Assembly: GCA_900544205.1 (NCBI GenBank)
Contig: UQUG01000001.1
Coordinates: 10,612-74,611, forward strand
Length of the DNA stretch: 64,000 nucleotides
DNA from: an uncultured Collinsella sp.
Lineage (GTDB): Bacteria > Actinomycetota > Coriobacteriia > Coriobacteriales > Coriobacteriaceae
Direction of reading: 5' to 3'
Shown here: one piece after another, positions 15,549 to 26,098 of the stretch
Numbering within the stretch: the first letter of the stretch is position 1
Layout: every line of letters begins with the position of its first letter
Program-made: the position numbers and the translations under genes
Notes under the pieces: generated by a model
Told to the model about the DNA's origin: nothing
The model's database searches: none
What the model saw: only the letters and a program-made list of their open reading frames with translations

Positions 15549-16430
15549 ATGTCGAACACCATCCTTACACCCAACATCATCGCCAACGAGGCGCTGGACG
15601 TTCTGCGCACCAACGCCGTCATGGCAAACCTCGTCCACCGCGATTACTCCTCCGAGTTCGTCGCGGGAGTGGGCGACACCATCACCGTCCGCAAGCCCGC
15701 CACCTTCGAGGCCAAGGAGTTCACCACCGAGGTCGAGGTGCAGGACGCCACGGAGGGCAAGGTCCCCGTCAAGATGGACAAGCTGCTCGACGTGACGTTC
15801 GCCGTCACGTCCAAGGAGCTGACGATGGGCATCGTCGACTTCTCCGCACAATTCCTCGTCCCGGCGATGCAGGCCTTCGCCGACAAGATCGACGGCTACC
15901 TGCTCAAGCTCGAGAAGGACGTCACGAACCGCGTCGACCACACCAAGGGCGCCATCGCCGTGGCGGACATCATCGCCGCCCGCAAGTTCCTCGTGGACGC
16001 CAAAGCACCCTCCACGGAGCGCCGCTTCGTCTACGGCTCCCAGGCCGAGGCCGACCTGCTTAACACCGAGGCGTTCACCAACGCCTCCGCCGTCGGCGAC
16101 AACGGCACCGCCCTCAAGGAGGCATCGCTTGGCCGCAAGTACGGCCTCGACTTCTACTGCGACCAGAACGTGCAGAAGACCACGGCAGAGACGGCCAACT
16201 ACACGCCGTCCATCGCTTTCCACAAGAACGCCTTCGCGCTCGTGACCCGTCAGCTCGAGATGCCGCTCGGCGCCCCCAAGGCGTACTCCACTTCCTACGA
16301 CGGCTTCGGCCTGCGCGTCGTGCAGGGCTACGACCAGAAGACCAAGACCGACACCGTCTCCATCGACATGCTCTGCGGCGTCAAGACCCTCAGCCCCGAG
16401 CTCGCCGCCGTCATCACCGATAAGCGATAG
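15549..16430 (+). CDS. Major capsid protein
   Basis: 293 aa following the scaffold gene. Good SD. Confidence 0.7.
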   Translation: MSNTILTPNIIANEALDVLRTNAVMANLVHRDYSSEFVAGVGDTITVRKPATFEAKEFTTEVEVQDATEGKVPVKMDKLLDVTFAVTSKELTMGIVDFSAQFLVPAMQAFADKIDGYLLKLEKDVTNRVDHTKGAIAVADIIAARKFLVDAKAPSTERRFVYGSQAEADLLNTEAFTNASAVGDNGTALKEASLGRKYGLDFYCDQNVQKTTAETANYTPSIAFHKNAFALVTRQLEMPLGAPKAYSTSYDGFGLRVVQGYDQKTKTDTVSIDMLCGVKTLSPELAAVITDKR

Positions 16431-16438
16431 GCGCAGAG

Positions 16439-16855
16439 ATGCTCGAGCAGGTGCTTCTGTCGTTGCGCAACTGGTTCGTCGCCGACAAGCGCACGGGGCG
16501 CGTCCACATCGAGGACGGCCGCCTCGTGCCGCCCGCGGCCCTCGGCCTCAAGGAGGGCCAGTACGTCCGCATCACGGGCTCGACGTTCAACGACGGGCTG
16601 CACGCGTGGCCCTACAACGGACTCACGGACGAGGAGTTCGTCGGCACCGTCTGGGCGCTCGCCATCCCGCAGGCCGTGGTCGACCTCGCTGACGAGATCG
16701 CAGCGTGGCAGACCGAGCACGCCAAGGAGCTGGACAGCCCGTACGCATCCGAGAGCTTCGGCGGCTACAGCTACACGCGCGTCGGCGGCGACGGCTCGCC
16801 CATCACGTGGCGGCAGCAGTTCAAGGCGCGTCTCGACCCTTGGAGAAAGCTGTGA
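16439..16855 (+). CDS. Head-tail connector/adaptor protein (putative)
   Basis: Position and size. No specific motif recognised. Confidence 0.4.
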   Translation: MLEQVLLSLRNWFVADKRTGRVHIEDGRLVPPAALGLKEGQYVRITGSTFNDGLHAWPYNGLTDEEFVGTVWALAIPQAVVDLADEIAAWQTEHAKELDSPYASESFGGYSYTRVGGDGSPITWRQQFKARLDPWRKL

Positions 16856-17205
16856 GCCGCCTGTACGAGCGCATGGCGGTGGCGTGCGCGAGGCTCGTCT
16901 CAAAGACCGAGCCTGACGGCGAGGGCGGCTTCAAGACCGTCCTCGCCGTAGGCGACGGCTTCACGGCGGCAATCGTGCGCGAAAGCTCGACGGCCTCGCG
17001 CATCGCGGAGCACGACGGCGTGAGGAACGTCTACACCGTGACGACCGCCGAGCCGCTGCGCTACGGCGACCTCTTCCAGCGTGCGTTCGACGGGCAGGTA
17101 TTCCGGTGCACATCGAACGCGGACGACGGCGCCGCGCCGTGCTGCGCGTCGTTTGGCTTCGGCCAGTGCAGCGCGGAGGAGTGGGAGGTGCCGGATGGCG
17201 ACTAA
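16852..17205 (+). CDS. Head closure / head-tail joining protein (putative)
   Basis: GTG start overlapping the upstream TGA (GTGA). Confidence 0.35.
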   Translation: MSRLYERMAVACARLVSKTEPDGEGGFKTVLAVGDGFTAAIVRESSTASRIAEHDGVRNVYTVTTAEPLRYGDLFQRAFDGQVFRCTSNADDGAAPCCASFGFGQCSAEEWEVPDGD

Positions 17206-17563
17206 GGCGGCAGCGCTGCAGGCTTGGCTCGAGGGCTTCGGCCTTCCCGTGTACCGCGACTCGGCGGTGCCGGGCGAGGCGAAGATGCCCTACATCACCT
17301 ACGACCTGCCGACCGCGTCGTTCGGCACGCAGTGCAACTCCGAGGTGAACCTCTGGTTCCGTATATCGTCCGAGGCCGCGCCGAACGCCAAGGCCGAGGA
17401 GATCGCCCGGGCGCTGGGGCTGTCGGGCGTGCTGCTGCCGTGCGACGGCGGCGGCATGTGGGTGATGCAGGGCGAGCCGTTCTGCAACGCCATGGCCGAC
17501 GAGGACAACGCCGTGAAGCGCCGAATCATCAACCTGACCATTGAGTACATGACCAGCTACTAG
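17195..17563 (+). CDS. Tail completion/terminator-like protein (putative)
   Basis: Overlaps the upstream stop. Precedes the major tail gene. Confidence 0.35.
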   Translation: MATKAAALQAWLEGFGLPVYRDSAVPGEAKMPYITYDLPTASFGTQCNSEVNLWFRISSEAAPNAKAEEIARALGLSGVLLPCDGGGMWVMQGEPFCNAMADEDNAVKRRIINLTIEYMTSY

Positions 17564-17571
17564 GAGGTCAT

Positions 17572-18141
17572 ATGTCTAAGTTCACGCGCATCCCCGAGAA
17601 CACGTTCAAGGAGATCGTCATCAACGCGGGCCTACTCGCCACGAATTTCAACCCCAAGACAGCCGAGGTCGCGGAGTCCGAGCTGATGGGCGCGACGAGC
17701 GGCGGAACCAGCTTCGCCGCCACGCCCAACTTCATCGACTACGGCGAGGATATCGACAACTGCCCCGCCAACACGATGGAGCTCAAGCGTATCGACAGCA
17801 TCGAGGCCAAGCTGAGCGGCACATTCGTGACGCTGAACACCGCACTCGGCAAGAAGCTCGCAGCCGCAGCCGACGAGACCGAGGGGAAGATCGTCCCGCG
17901 CTCCGCGCTCTCGGAGGAGGACTTCGCCGACATCTGGCTCATCGGCGATTACTCGGGCGAGAACGGCAACGGCTATATCGCCGTCCGCCTCATCAACGCA
18001 CTCAACACGGGCGGTCTGCAAATCACGACGCAGAACAAGGCCAAGGGCCAGTTCGCGTTCGAGTTCACGGGCCACTATTCAATCAAGAACCCCGAGATCG
18101 TGCCCTACGAGCTGTATATCAAACAGGAGATTGGAGCCTAA
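17572..18141 (+). CDS. Major tail protein
   Basis: 189 aa with good SD. Located before the chaperone and tape-measure genes. Confidence 0.65.
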   Translation: MSKFTRIPENTFKEIVINAGLLATNFNPKTAEVAESELMGATSGGTSFAATPNFIDYGEDIDNCPANTMELKRIDSIEAKLSGTFVTLNTALGKKLAAAADETEGKIVPRSALSEEDFADIWLIGDYSGENGNGYIAVRLINALNTGGLQITTQNKAKGQFAFEFTGHYSIKNPEIVPYELYIKQEIGA

Positions 18142-18143
18142 CC

Positions 18144-18569
18144 ATGAAGCTGGACAACCTTAACGCCGACGAGTTCCAGAATGCCATGTGCCTGTTGGCG
18201 GACGTGGCGGAGGACGTCATGAACGGCGAACTCGGCGCAAAGGCAAAGGCCTCCTACGCCAAGTTCCGCTCCGACTCCGCCAAGGCCAAGGCCAAGGCGA
18301 CCGCCAAGGCGAAGGGCGACCCCGAGGCCGCGAAAGCAGCCGCCACCGCCGAGGTCAACGGCCTCGCCGTGGACATGGTGGTGGGGCTTCTGCCCGACGT
18401 GCTGCGCCAGGGTGGCGAGATCAGCTACAAGCTGCTCGCCGCACTCGACGGCCAGACGCTCGAGGAGTACAAGGCCGACTTCACCGTCAAGAAGTGGGTG
18501 AACGACATCAAGGATGCCATCGACGGCATCGACGGCATCAAGGACATTCTGGCTCCTTTTTTTGGATAG
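18144..18569 (+). CDS. Tail assembly chaperone (G-like)
   Basis: Acidic protein ending in a T7 slippery run just before the stop. Located upstream of the tape measure gene. Confidence 0.6.
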   Translation: MKLDNLNADEFQNAMCLLADVAEDVMNGELGAKAKASYAKFRSDSAKAKAKATAKAKGDPEAAKAAATAEVNGLAVDMVVGLLPDVLRQGGEISYKLLAALDGQTLEEYKADFTVKKWVNDIKDAIDGIDGIKDILAPFFG

Positions 18570-18865
18570 CCGCCGAGGACCCATCTCACATATGGCTCTG
18601 TCTGGGCGAGTACGTCGGGCCACGGCGTGCTCGCCCTTTCTCTAGGTACATGGTCGCGCGGTGGCGCGAGCGGGACGAGCGGGAGGCGTTCCGCGTGTAC
18701 CTGAGCGAGTCGGTGCGCCTCATGGCGCAGGGGAAGTGGCTCAAGGAACCCTTCCTGAGCATCGTCAACGGCGGTGCGGGCGATGGGTCCGAGGCGGAGG
18801 ACACGCGCGGCGGCGACGAGATCGCCGCAGACATCATCGAGCGGATAGGATTGAAGGTGGTCTAG
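18144..18865 (+). CDS. Tail assembly chaperone GT-like frameshift fusion product
   Basis: The -1 frame is open from the slippery site to the TAG at 18863-18865, immediately before the tape-measure GTG start. Confidence 0.45.
18557..18563 (+). other. Programmed -1 ribosomal frameshift site (TTTTTTT) for the G/GT fusion
   Basis: cct ttt ttt gga tag in frame 0. A -1 slip reads on (F F W I A A E D P S H I W ...) in an open frame to 18865. Confidence 0.5.
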
Positions 18866-21289
18866 GTGAACCTTCTCGACCTGATGATTAAGGTCGGCCT
18901 CAAGGACGAGGCCAGCGGCAAGGCCGAGGGCGTGGCCTCGAAGGTCGTGGGCACGCTCGGCAAGGCCGGCGCGACCGCCGCCAAGGCGGTAGGCGTTGGC
19001 GTCGCCGCCGTGGGGGCGGGCGTCGCTGCCGTCACAGGCATGAGCATGAGCGCATACGCCGCATACGAGCAGAACGTCGGCGGCATCCAGAAGATTTTCG
19101 GCAACATGGGCAAGTCGCTCGACGAGTACGCCGCGCTTACGGGACAGACCGTCGAGCAGTGCTCCGGTAAGTGGGAGCAGCTCGAGCAGGCCCAGACGAC
19201 GGTGCTGGCAAACGCCGACCGCGCCTACATAACGGCCGGCCTGAGCGCCAACCGGTACATGGAGCAGGTGACGGGCTTCTCGGCCTCGCTTGTCAAATCG
19301 CTCGGCGGCGACACGGTCAAGGCGGCCGAGTACGCGAACACGGCAATGGTCGACATGAGCGACAACGCGAATACCTTCGGCACGGCGATGGAGGACCTCC
19401 AGAACGCGTACCAGGGCTTTGCGAAACAAAACTACACGATGTTGGATAACTTGAAGCTCGGCTACGGCGGCACCAAGGAGGAGATGCAGCGCCTCGTCAA
19501 GGATGCGCACGCCGTCAACTCAGCCGTGGACGAGTCGAGCCTGTCCTTCGACAACATCGTGCTCGCCATCCACACGATGCAGGAGCAGATGCAGATCGCC
19601 GGCACGACCTCGCGCGAGGCCGCGACGACCATCGAGGGCTCCTGCAACATGGCCAAGGCCGCCTGGGAGAACTGGGTGACGGAGCTGAGCAAGGACGACG
19701 CCGACATGGGCAAGCTCACCGAGGAGCTGTTGCAGTCGGTCGAGACGGCGGCCTCGAACGTCGTCCCGCGCGTTGCGACCATCGTCGGCACGGCGTTGTC
19801 GCAGCTACCGAGCCTTGTCACGTCGGTCGGTCCCGTGCTCGGCCAGGCGTTCGTCGACATTTTCACGCAGGCGCTCGGCAGCGCGGCTGAGGCCGTGCCC
19901 GGGCCCATGGGCGATATCCTCTCCGCCGTGTCTGACGGCGTGGACGAGATCGGCGAGCGCTTCAAGGGCCTTGGCGAGATCTGGGCGGTTGGGGACAACC
20001 CGTTGGAGTCGCTGCACCTCGCCATGGTTTACGGGCTGACGCTGCTCGACGGCGACCTGTCCACATTGCAGGAGAACATCACCTCTTCGCTGCCCGGCAT
20101 CGCCGAGGGTTTCGCCGACGTCGGCGGCGAGGTCGTTCCCAGGCTCGCCGAGGGAATCGAGATGGGGCTGTCTTTCCTCTCGGAGACGGCGGCGTCGCTC
20201 ATGACGTCGCTCGGCGGGTACCTGTCCGAGAACCTTCCCTCCATCATGGAGAGCGGCCTGCAGATTCTCACCGGTCTCTCAGAGTCCATAGCCGAGAACG
20301 CGGGCGTTCTTGCCGAGGGCGCGGCGAACCTCATCGTCGGCTTGGCGCAGGGTATCGCCGACAGCCTGCCGACTATCATCGAGCAGGCCCCGGTCATCGT
20401 GCAGAACCTCGCCAGCGCGATCAACGACAACGCGCCGATACTGCTCAGTGCCGGCATCCAGGCAATCGTGACGCTGGCGCTCGGTATCGTGCAGGCGATA
20501 CCGACGCTCATCGCCAACATCCCGGCCATCTTCTCGGCCTTCGTCTCGGCGTGGTCGGCGCTCGACTGGTTGAGCCTCGGCAGGAACGCCATCACGTTCC
20601 TGGGCAACGGAATCGCGAACATGGCCGGCTTCGTGCGCTCGTGCGGCACCAACATCGTGTCCGCCATCCGCGGCGCGATCCAGAACCTGCCGTCCACCTT
20701 GGCGAGCATCGGCCGCAACGGAATCAGCAGCCTGGGCTCCGCCATCCGCGGCGCGGTCGGCTTCGTGACCTCGGCGGCCTCGAGCATCGGCAGCTCCATC
20801 ATGAGCGCCCTGTCCTCCATCCCGGGCCGCGTGGCATCCATCGGATCGCAGATCGTGCAGGGCATCGCAAACGGAATCAGCGGCGCGGCTGGCGTGGTCG
20901 TGAGCAAGATTACCGGCGTGGTTGGCGGCGCCATCGACGCGGCCAAGAACCTGCTGGGTATCCACTCCCCCTCGCGCGTGTTCCGCAAGATTTTCGGCTA
21001 CGTCATGGAGGGCGCGGCCCTCGGCATCGACGACACAGCTGACGAGCCCGTGAAGTCCATGAGGTCGGCGGTGCGCAACGTCGAGAAGGCCGCCGTGTTC
21101 GGTGCGAGCGTTACCGGCGGCGGAGCATACGGGGCGACCGCCAGCGGAGCCGCGGGCATCGCGGGCGGCGGCAACGTTTACAACCTCTACCTCGACGGCG
21201 ACCTGCTGGGCGTCGACGGGCGCGTGGCCTCCGCCTTCAGGAGCTTCGTCGCGGCGGTGGAGCAGAGCATGGCGATGGGGGTCGCGTAG
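18866..21289 (+). CDS. Tail tape measure protein
   Basis: 807 aa, Ala/Gly/Ser-rich and repetitive. Positioned after G/GT. Confidence 0.85.
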   Translation: MNLLDLMIKVGLKDEASGKAEGVASKVVGTLGKAGATAAKAVGVGVAAVGAGVAAVTGMSMSAYAAYEQNVGGIQKIFGNMGKSLDEYAALTGQTVEQCSGKWEQLEQAQTTVLANADRAYITAGLSANRYMEQVTGFSASLVKSLGGDTVKAAEYANTAMVDMSDNANTFGTAMEDLQNAYQGFAKQNYTMLDNLKLGYGGTKEEMQRLVKDAHAVNSAVDESSLSFDNIVLAIHTMQEQMQIAGTTSREAATTIEGSCNMAKAAWENWVTELSKDDADMGKLTEELLQSVETAASNVVPRVATIVGTALSQLPSLVTSVGPVLGQAFVDIFTQALGSAAEAVPGPMGDILSAVSDGVDEIGERFKGLGEIWAVGDNPLESLHLAMVYGLTLLDGDLSTLQENITSSLPGIAEGFADVGGEVVPRLAEGIEMGLSFLSETAASLMTSLGGYLSENLPSIMESGLQILTGLSESIAENAGVLAEGAANLIVGLAQGIADSLPTIIEQAPVIVQNLASAINDNAPILLSAGIQAIVTLALGIVQAIPTLIANIPAIFSAFVSAWSALDWLSLGRNAITFLGNGIANMAGFVRSCGTNIVSAIRGAIQNLPSTLASIGRNGISSLGSAIRGAVGFVTSAASSIGSSIMSALSSIPGRVASIGSQIVQGIANGISGAAGVVVSKITGVVGGAIDAAKNLLGIHSPSRVFRKIFGYVMEGAALGIDDTADEPVKSMRSAVRNVEKAAVFGASVTGGGAYGATASGAAGIAGGGNVYNLYLDGDLLGVDGRVASAFRSFVAAVEQSMAMGVA

Positions 21290-21290
21290 G

Positions 21291-23477
21291 ATGGCGCAGG
21301 GAAACTGGGTTCAAGGCGGAAGCGGCTATCGCAAGTACTGCTGGTGCGCGTACGTGGACGTTGCTGAGGTTGAGCGCACGGACACCACCGTGACCTACCG
21401 CGTCACGCACGGCTACGGCACGCGCTACGCCATCGACTGCTACGCAAACGGCAGCTCGTCGGCGGGCGGCTCGTGGAACGGCTCGGTCTACTCGACGAAC
21501 AACTCCGGCTGGGTATGGGTGCAGTGCACGTCGCGCGACGTCGAGCTCGCGCGCGGCAACGGCAAGGCCTACGACCACACCTTCACGGGCCAGATTAACG
21601 TCACGGGCGGCTTCGGCAACGGAACGTCCAACGCCTCCAATACCGTCACGGTCCCGTGCCGCGCCTACAGCACGCCTCACCCGCCGAAGAACATCAGGGC
21701 GGAGCGCCTGAGCGACACCAGCGCGAAGGTCAGCTGGGACACCGACTACACGGGCATGAACGGCGACTACCCCTGGTCGACCGTGACCGTCGGCGTGGTG
21801 AAGAACGGCCCGGGGAAGTTCACCGACGTCGGCACCGTCAGTTGGGATACCACGAGCCACACCTACAACGGCCTCGAGCCGGGCTGCATGTACATCTTCT
21901 CGGCCAAGGCGACGGGCCCCGGCGGCACGTCGGACTACGGCGTGAGCGCGCCGGCGATCTACACCACGCCGACGGCGCTCGGCATGCTCGAGGCAGTCAA
22001 GGCGGAGGCGGCGAAGGTCGTGCTCAAGGGGCACGACGCGCCGGCCTTCGTCGACAGCTGGGAGTTCCAGCTCACGACCGACGGTGGAAAGACATGGGTC
22101 GATGCGGACGTAAACGCCTCCTGGGAGGACGAGGAGGCACCGGCGGGTACGGTGCGCTACCGCGCCCGAGCGGTCAAGAGCGGCCTCAAGGGACCGTGGA
22201 CCGAGTCAAACGAGGTCACGACAATATGCCCGCCGCTCGCACCGTCCATCAGGGGCGTCAGGGCGGCTTACGCCACAGGTTCGACCGCGATAGTCGAATG
22301 GGTGCCCAACCATCCGGACGGCTCGGCGCAGACCTCCGCTGAGGTGCAGGTCACGACGCCGACGGGTCCCACCACCACGACGGTCGATGGCCCGGGTACG
22401 AGCCTGAAGCTGCCGACCGGCACCAAGGGCCTCTACTCCGTGCGCGTGCGCACCAAGGGCCTCGACGAGGACTGGGGCGCATGGTCGAGCGCGGCGGCAT
22501 ATACCGTGGCGGACGCGCCCCAGGCATTCTTCACCGACCCGGCTGCGGACGGGGCGACCTTGCGCGCGGTGCCGCATACCTTCACGTGGAAGGTGGCCGA
22601 CGAGACGGGCGTCAGCCGACAGTACCTGTCTTTGTGCGACATCAGGGGCAACCTCCTGTGGAGCGGGGCTGTGGACAAGGACGCGCGCTCCTTCCGCCTG
22701 GGCTATGCGCAGCACGCCTTCGTCAACCACACGGTCTACAGGGTCGTGCTTACGGTCACAGCTGGCTCGTCGCTGTCGGTCGCCGCCTCGAGAGTTTTCC
22801 AGACCGACTGGGCACCGCCAGCCAAACCGTCGCTAAACATCTTCGTCGACGAGAGGCTGGGATGCCAGCTGTCGGTATTCCCAGGCAAGGCCGACAGTGA
22901 CGACACGCCCGAGACGTCCCACTTCACCGTGTCGCGCGTCCTGCCCGACGGCTCGACCCTGCAGCTCGGCTCGCACCTTGCGGCGGGCGAGGGCGCGAGC
23001 GACCCGCTGCCTCCGCTCAACAGCGAGTTCGAGTACGTCGCGGTCGCCTACGCCGCGACGGGCGTGAGCACGGCGACGAGGGTCAAGACGACCGTGGCGA
23101 GCCGCGAGGTGGCTCTCAACTGGGGAGCCGGCGCTGAGAGGTCGTGGCTCGGGCGCTATCTCAAGAAGGGCTCGAGCCGTAAGGTGACGCACGGGTACAA
23201 GATGCTGCACTTCGCCGACGGCGGGGAGGGGCTACCCGTCTCGTACGGCATCAACGAACGGGACGTCAAGGACAGCATGGACTTCCTGCTGCTCGACGAG
23301 GAGGACTACAAGTCATTCCTCGAGATCATGAACACCGCGGGGCGTTTCTGGGTGCGCGACCTCCACGGCGAGCGGTTCCGCGCCCGCCTGAGCTGCGGCG
23401 TGAAGCGTTCTGATGGCGCGTGGGTGGCTTCGTGCGACCCGACGTGGGAGACGTGGGAGGAGCCCGCCAATGGCTGA
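21291..23477 (+). CDS. Tail protein with fibronectin type III-like repeats (distal tail / tail fiber-like)
   Basis: HPPKNIRAERLSDTSAKVSWDTDYTG... and PAKPS-type FN3 signatures, 728 aa. Confidence 0.55.
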   Translation: MAQGNWVQGGSGYRKYCWCAYVDVAEVERTDTTVTYRVTHGYGTRYAIDCYANGSSSAGGSWNGSVYSTNNSGWVWVQCTSRDVELARGNGKAYDHTFTGQINVTGGFGNGTSNASNTVTVPCRAYSTPHPPKNIRAERLSDTSAKVSWDTDYTGMNGDYPWSTVTVGVVKNGPGKFTDVGTVSWDTTSHTYNGLEPGCMYIFSAKATGPGGTSDYGVSAPAIYTTPTALGMLEAVKAEAAKVVLKGHDAPAFVDSWEFQLTTDGGKTWVDADVNASWEDEEAPAGTVRYRARAVKSGLKGPWTESNEVTTICPPLAPSIRGVRAAYATGSTAIVEWVPNHPDGSAQTSAEVQVTTPTGPTTTTVDGPGTSLKLPTGTKGLYSVRVRTKGLDEDWGAWSSAAAYTVADAPQAFFTDPAADGATLRAVPHTFTWKVADETGVSRQYLSLCDIRGNLLWSGAVDKDARSFRLGYAQHAFVNHTVYRVVLTVTAGSSLSVAASRVFQTDWAPPAKPSLNIFVDERLGCQLSVFPGKADSDDTPETSHFTVSRVLPDGSTLQLGSHLAAGEGASDPLPPLNSEFEYVAVAYAATGVSTATRVKTTVASREVALNWGAGAERSWLGRYLKKGSSRKVTHGYKMLHFADGGEGLPVSYGINERDVKDSMDFLLLDEEDYKSFLEIMNTAGRFWVRDLHGERFRARLSCGVKRSDGAWVASCDPTWETWEEPANG

Positions 23478-25035
23478 TAACTGGACGAGGCCGTTCGACG
23501 CCTCCTACGACTTCGTGCGCGTCTCGCGCGAGACGGGGCTCGAAGTCGACTTCGTGCGGGACATCGAGAACGGCGGCTCCATCGAGCGCAACGCAAACAC
23601 GGCGCTCTATGAGACTGCATCCCTGGACTTCGCCGACAAGTTCGACGTCGGCAACGACTTTCTGCGCGTGTACCTCAACGCCTCCTTCTCGGACGGCAGC
23701 GAGAGGCGCGAGTGCCTCGGCACGTTCATGCCCGTGGTGGACTCGGTGGACATCGACGGCGCCTACCGCGAGGGACAGATCAATGCCTACGGCCTCCTGA
23801 AGCGGCTCAAAGACGACGACTTCGACGGGCCGTACGTGATCGTTGCGGGCAGCAATCTGGTTGATGAGGCCGTCAAGATAGCCGAATCGGTCGGCCTCAC
23901 CGTCTACGCCGACCCTAGCAGCCTCCTTCTGGGCAGCACCTTGGTTTTCGGCGTGGGCGGGGACAACGACGCTAAGAACAAGCTGGACGCGGTGGGCCTG
24001 CTCCTCAAGGCGGCCGGGTTCCGCTCGCCAGCGACCGACCGAATGGGCAACGTGATCTACAGGCGCTACGTCGAGCCTGCCGACATGCCCATCTCGGCGG
24101 AGTTCACCGAGGGCAGGGACGCGCGCTTCATGTCGGACATGACCGAATCGACCAACCGCGCCGAGGTCTGCAACGTCGTGCACGTGGACTTCAGCACGCA
24201 GGACGCATCGGTGCGCGGCACGGCGGTGGACGACTCGCCCGACTCCGACCTGTCGACCGTCTCGGTCGGGCGCCGCATCGTCAAGAGCTACAGCTACGAC
24301 AGCCTGCCAGGTGTGGACACCGAGGATACCAACCTTATCGAGGGCGCCGCCAACGCCCTCATCGGCATCGGAAAAAAGTCTGAGAAGAACTTCCGCAAGA
24401 GCGACTCACACGGCAGCATCCAGACCGTCTACGTCCCCGACTCGCCGCAGACGGGCGTGCTCTTCGGCATCAAGGTCGTCTCGAGTGGCGGGCGCGTCGG
24501 CTTCTGCCAGGACGAGGGGCCGAGCGTCAAGAAGGATACGGACTACACGCAGAGTGTGTGGGTCAAGGGCACTAAGGGCGCGACGGGCATCATACAGTCT
24601 TTCTGGGATCAGGAGAGGGCGCTTGGCCCGGTGACCAAGGGGTTCACCATGACTGGCGAGTGGCAGAAGGTCAGCTACACCTACCACGCCACGGAGAACC
24701 ACAGCAAGGTCAGCTGGGGCTACTGCTACATCGACGGCGGCGAGGCCATCTTCGTCGCCGACAAGGTCGAGGAGGGAGGCAACGCCACGCCTTGGCCCCA
24801 GGACGCCATGCAGGCGGCGGCGGACCGCAAGGCGGCGGAGCTGCTCGCCACCGAGCGCGCCGTGACGCGCACGGACGAGTTCAGGAGCGTCTACAAGCCC
24901 GTCGAGCCGTGCATGGCGGTAGCGATGAACTACAGGACCGGCGGGGTTGTCGGCAAGCTGGCAATCCAGAAGCAGACGCTGACGCTCGACGCCGGCTGCG
25001 TCATAAAGCACACGGCGAGGAGGTACGAGCGATGA
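23470..25035 (+). CDS. Tail tip / tail-associated protein (putative endopeptidase tail family)
   Basis: Position after the distal tail gene and size (521 aa). No catalytic motif verified. Confidence 0.45.
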   Translation: MADNWTRPFDASYDFVRVSRETGLEVDFVRDIENGGSIERNANTALYETASLDFADKFDVGNDFLRVYLNASFSDGSERRECLGTFMPVVDSVDIDGAYREGQINAYGLLKRLKDDDFDGPYVIVAGSNLVDEAVKIAESVGLTVYADPSSLLLGSTLVFGVGGDNDAKNKLDAVGLLLKAAGFRSPATDRMGNVIYRRYVEPADMPISAEFTEGRDARFMSDMTESTNRAEVCNVVHVDFSTQDASVRGTAVDDSPDSDLSTVSVGRRIVKSYSYDSLPGVDTEDTNLIEGAANALIGIGKKSEKNFRKSDSHGSIQTVYVPDSPQTGVLFGIKVVSSGGRVGFCQDEGPSVKKDTDYTQSVWVKGTKGATGIIQSFWDQERALGPVTKGFTMTGEWQKVSYTYHATENHSKVSWGYCYIDGGEAIFVADKVEEGGNATPWPQDAMQAAADRKAAELLATERAVTRTDEFRSVYKPVEPCMAVAMNYRTGGVVGKLAIQKQTLTLDAGCVIKHTARRYER

Positions 25036-25289
25036 GCGATTCGGCGGTCGAGATCAAGGGCGCTGCGGCGCGGCTGGCGGCGGCGATTCCGTCGGGCGGC
25101 AAGCGGCTGACGATGGAGTTCGGCACGGTCGTCGGCGTCCATGGCACGGCGCTGGACGTGATGCTTCGCGGTACGGTGGTGACGGTCCCGATGGTGCGCT
25201 CCTGTACGGGGTGCATCATCACCGACCGCGCCGTGATCCTGTCACAGGGCCCGCTGGCCGTGTGCATCGGCACGATGGCGGCGGTGTAG
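25032..25289 (+). CDS. Hypothetical phage protein (85 aa)
   Basis: ATGA overlap with the upstream gene. Confidence 0.35.
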   Translation: MSDSAVEIKGAAARLAAAIPSGGKRLTMEFGTVVGVHGTALDVMLRGTVVTVPMVRSCTGCIITDRAVILSQGPLAVCIGTMAAV

Positions 25290-25367
25290 GCCGGCGTTAC
25301 GGGGGCCCGAACCTGCAATGTGGCGGGGAATGGGCCCCACCACACTGCAGAACGGGAGGGAGGCCGG

Positions 25368-25781
25368 ATGGAGGTACTAAAGCTGTTCGTGCCCTATGGG
25401 CCGGGATGGCTCGGTGGCGCGGCGCTAGTGCTCATCGCCGCTTATTTTGGTAGGCAATTTTTGGACGAGTACAAGCGACAAAACCAACGGAAGGGCGAGC
25501 TCGACCTCAAGCGCGAGGAGCGTAAGCAGGCCGAGGTGGACGAGCGCGCGCAGCGAGACCGGGAACGCTCGCAGATGGAGGGGCGCATCGCGGCGCAGAT
25601 GGAGCGCAGTAACACCTTGATTGAGGGGATGAAGACCCTCATGGAGTCGGTCGTCGCGTCAAATGACGTGTTGCACGCCGATCTGGTCCACAGCCAGGCG
25701 CGCAGCCAGGGGATGGCCGAGAAGGTCGACCACATCTGCGACCGCGTCGACCTTATCTACAGCAAGGAATCCGACAGATAG
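25368..25781 (+). CDS. Membrane-anchored coiled-coil protein (holin-associated?)
   Basis: N-terminal TM segment GPGWLGGAALVLIAAYF followed by a charged coiled coil. Confidence 0.4.
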   Translation: MEVLKLFVPYGPGWLGGAALVLIAAYFGRQFLDEYKRQNQRKGELDLKREERKQAEVDERAQRDRERSQMEGRIAAQMERSNTLIEGMKTLMESVVASNDVLHADLVHSQARSQGMAEKVDHICDRVDLIYSKESDR

Positions 25782-25791
25782 GAGCAATCAA

Positions 25792-26097
25792 ATGACTGAG
25801 ATCCAGGCCGGCCTCACGGTCGCCACGGTGCTCGTGGTGCCGTACATCGTGCAGGCCATCAAGACCAAGGCCATGACGGGCGGCGTCGCCCGCTGGACGG
25901 CCATCGCCGTCTCGGCGGGGTGCGGTGCTCTCACGGCCATGGCAGGAGGCGTGCCCACCGACCCCTCGGCGTGGGTGACGTCCATCTTCGCGTGTGTCGG
26001 CGGCGTGCAGGTGGCCTATGCCGCCTTCAAATCCGTCGGTATCACGGACAAATGGCTCGACGCTCTGCTCGCGCTCGGCGACATCAAGGAGGACTAA
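25792..26097 (+). CDS. Holin (multi-TM small membrane protein)
   Basis: 101 aa with 2-3 hydrophobic segments. Immediately upstream of the endolysin. Confidence 0.55.
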   Translation: MTEIQAGLTVATVLVVPYIVQAIKTKAMTGGVARWTAIAVSAGCGALTAMAGGVPTDPSAWVTSIFACVGGVQVAYAAFKSVGITDKWLDALLALGDIKED

Positions 26098-26098
26098 C

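Noticed and set aside
20029-20988. Minus-strand ORFs opposite the tape measure gene
   Set aside because: Antisense to a clearly coding, repeat-rich tape measure gene. Ser/Ala/Pro-rich artefact.
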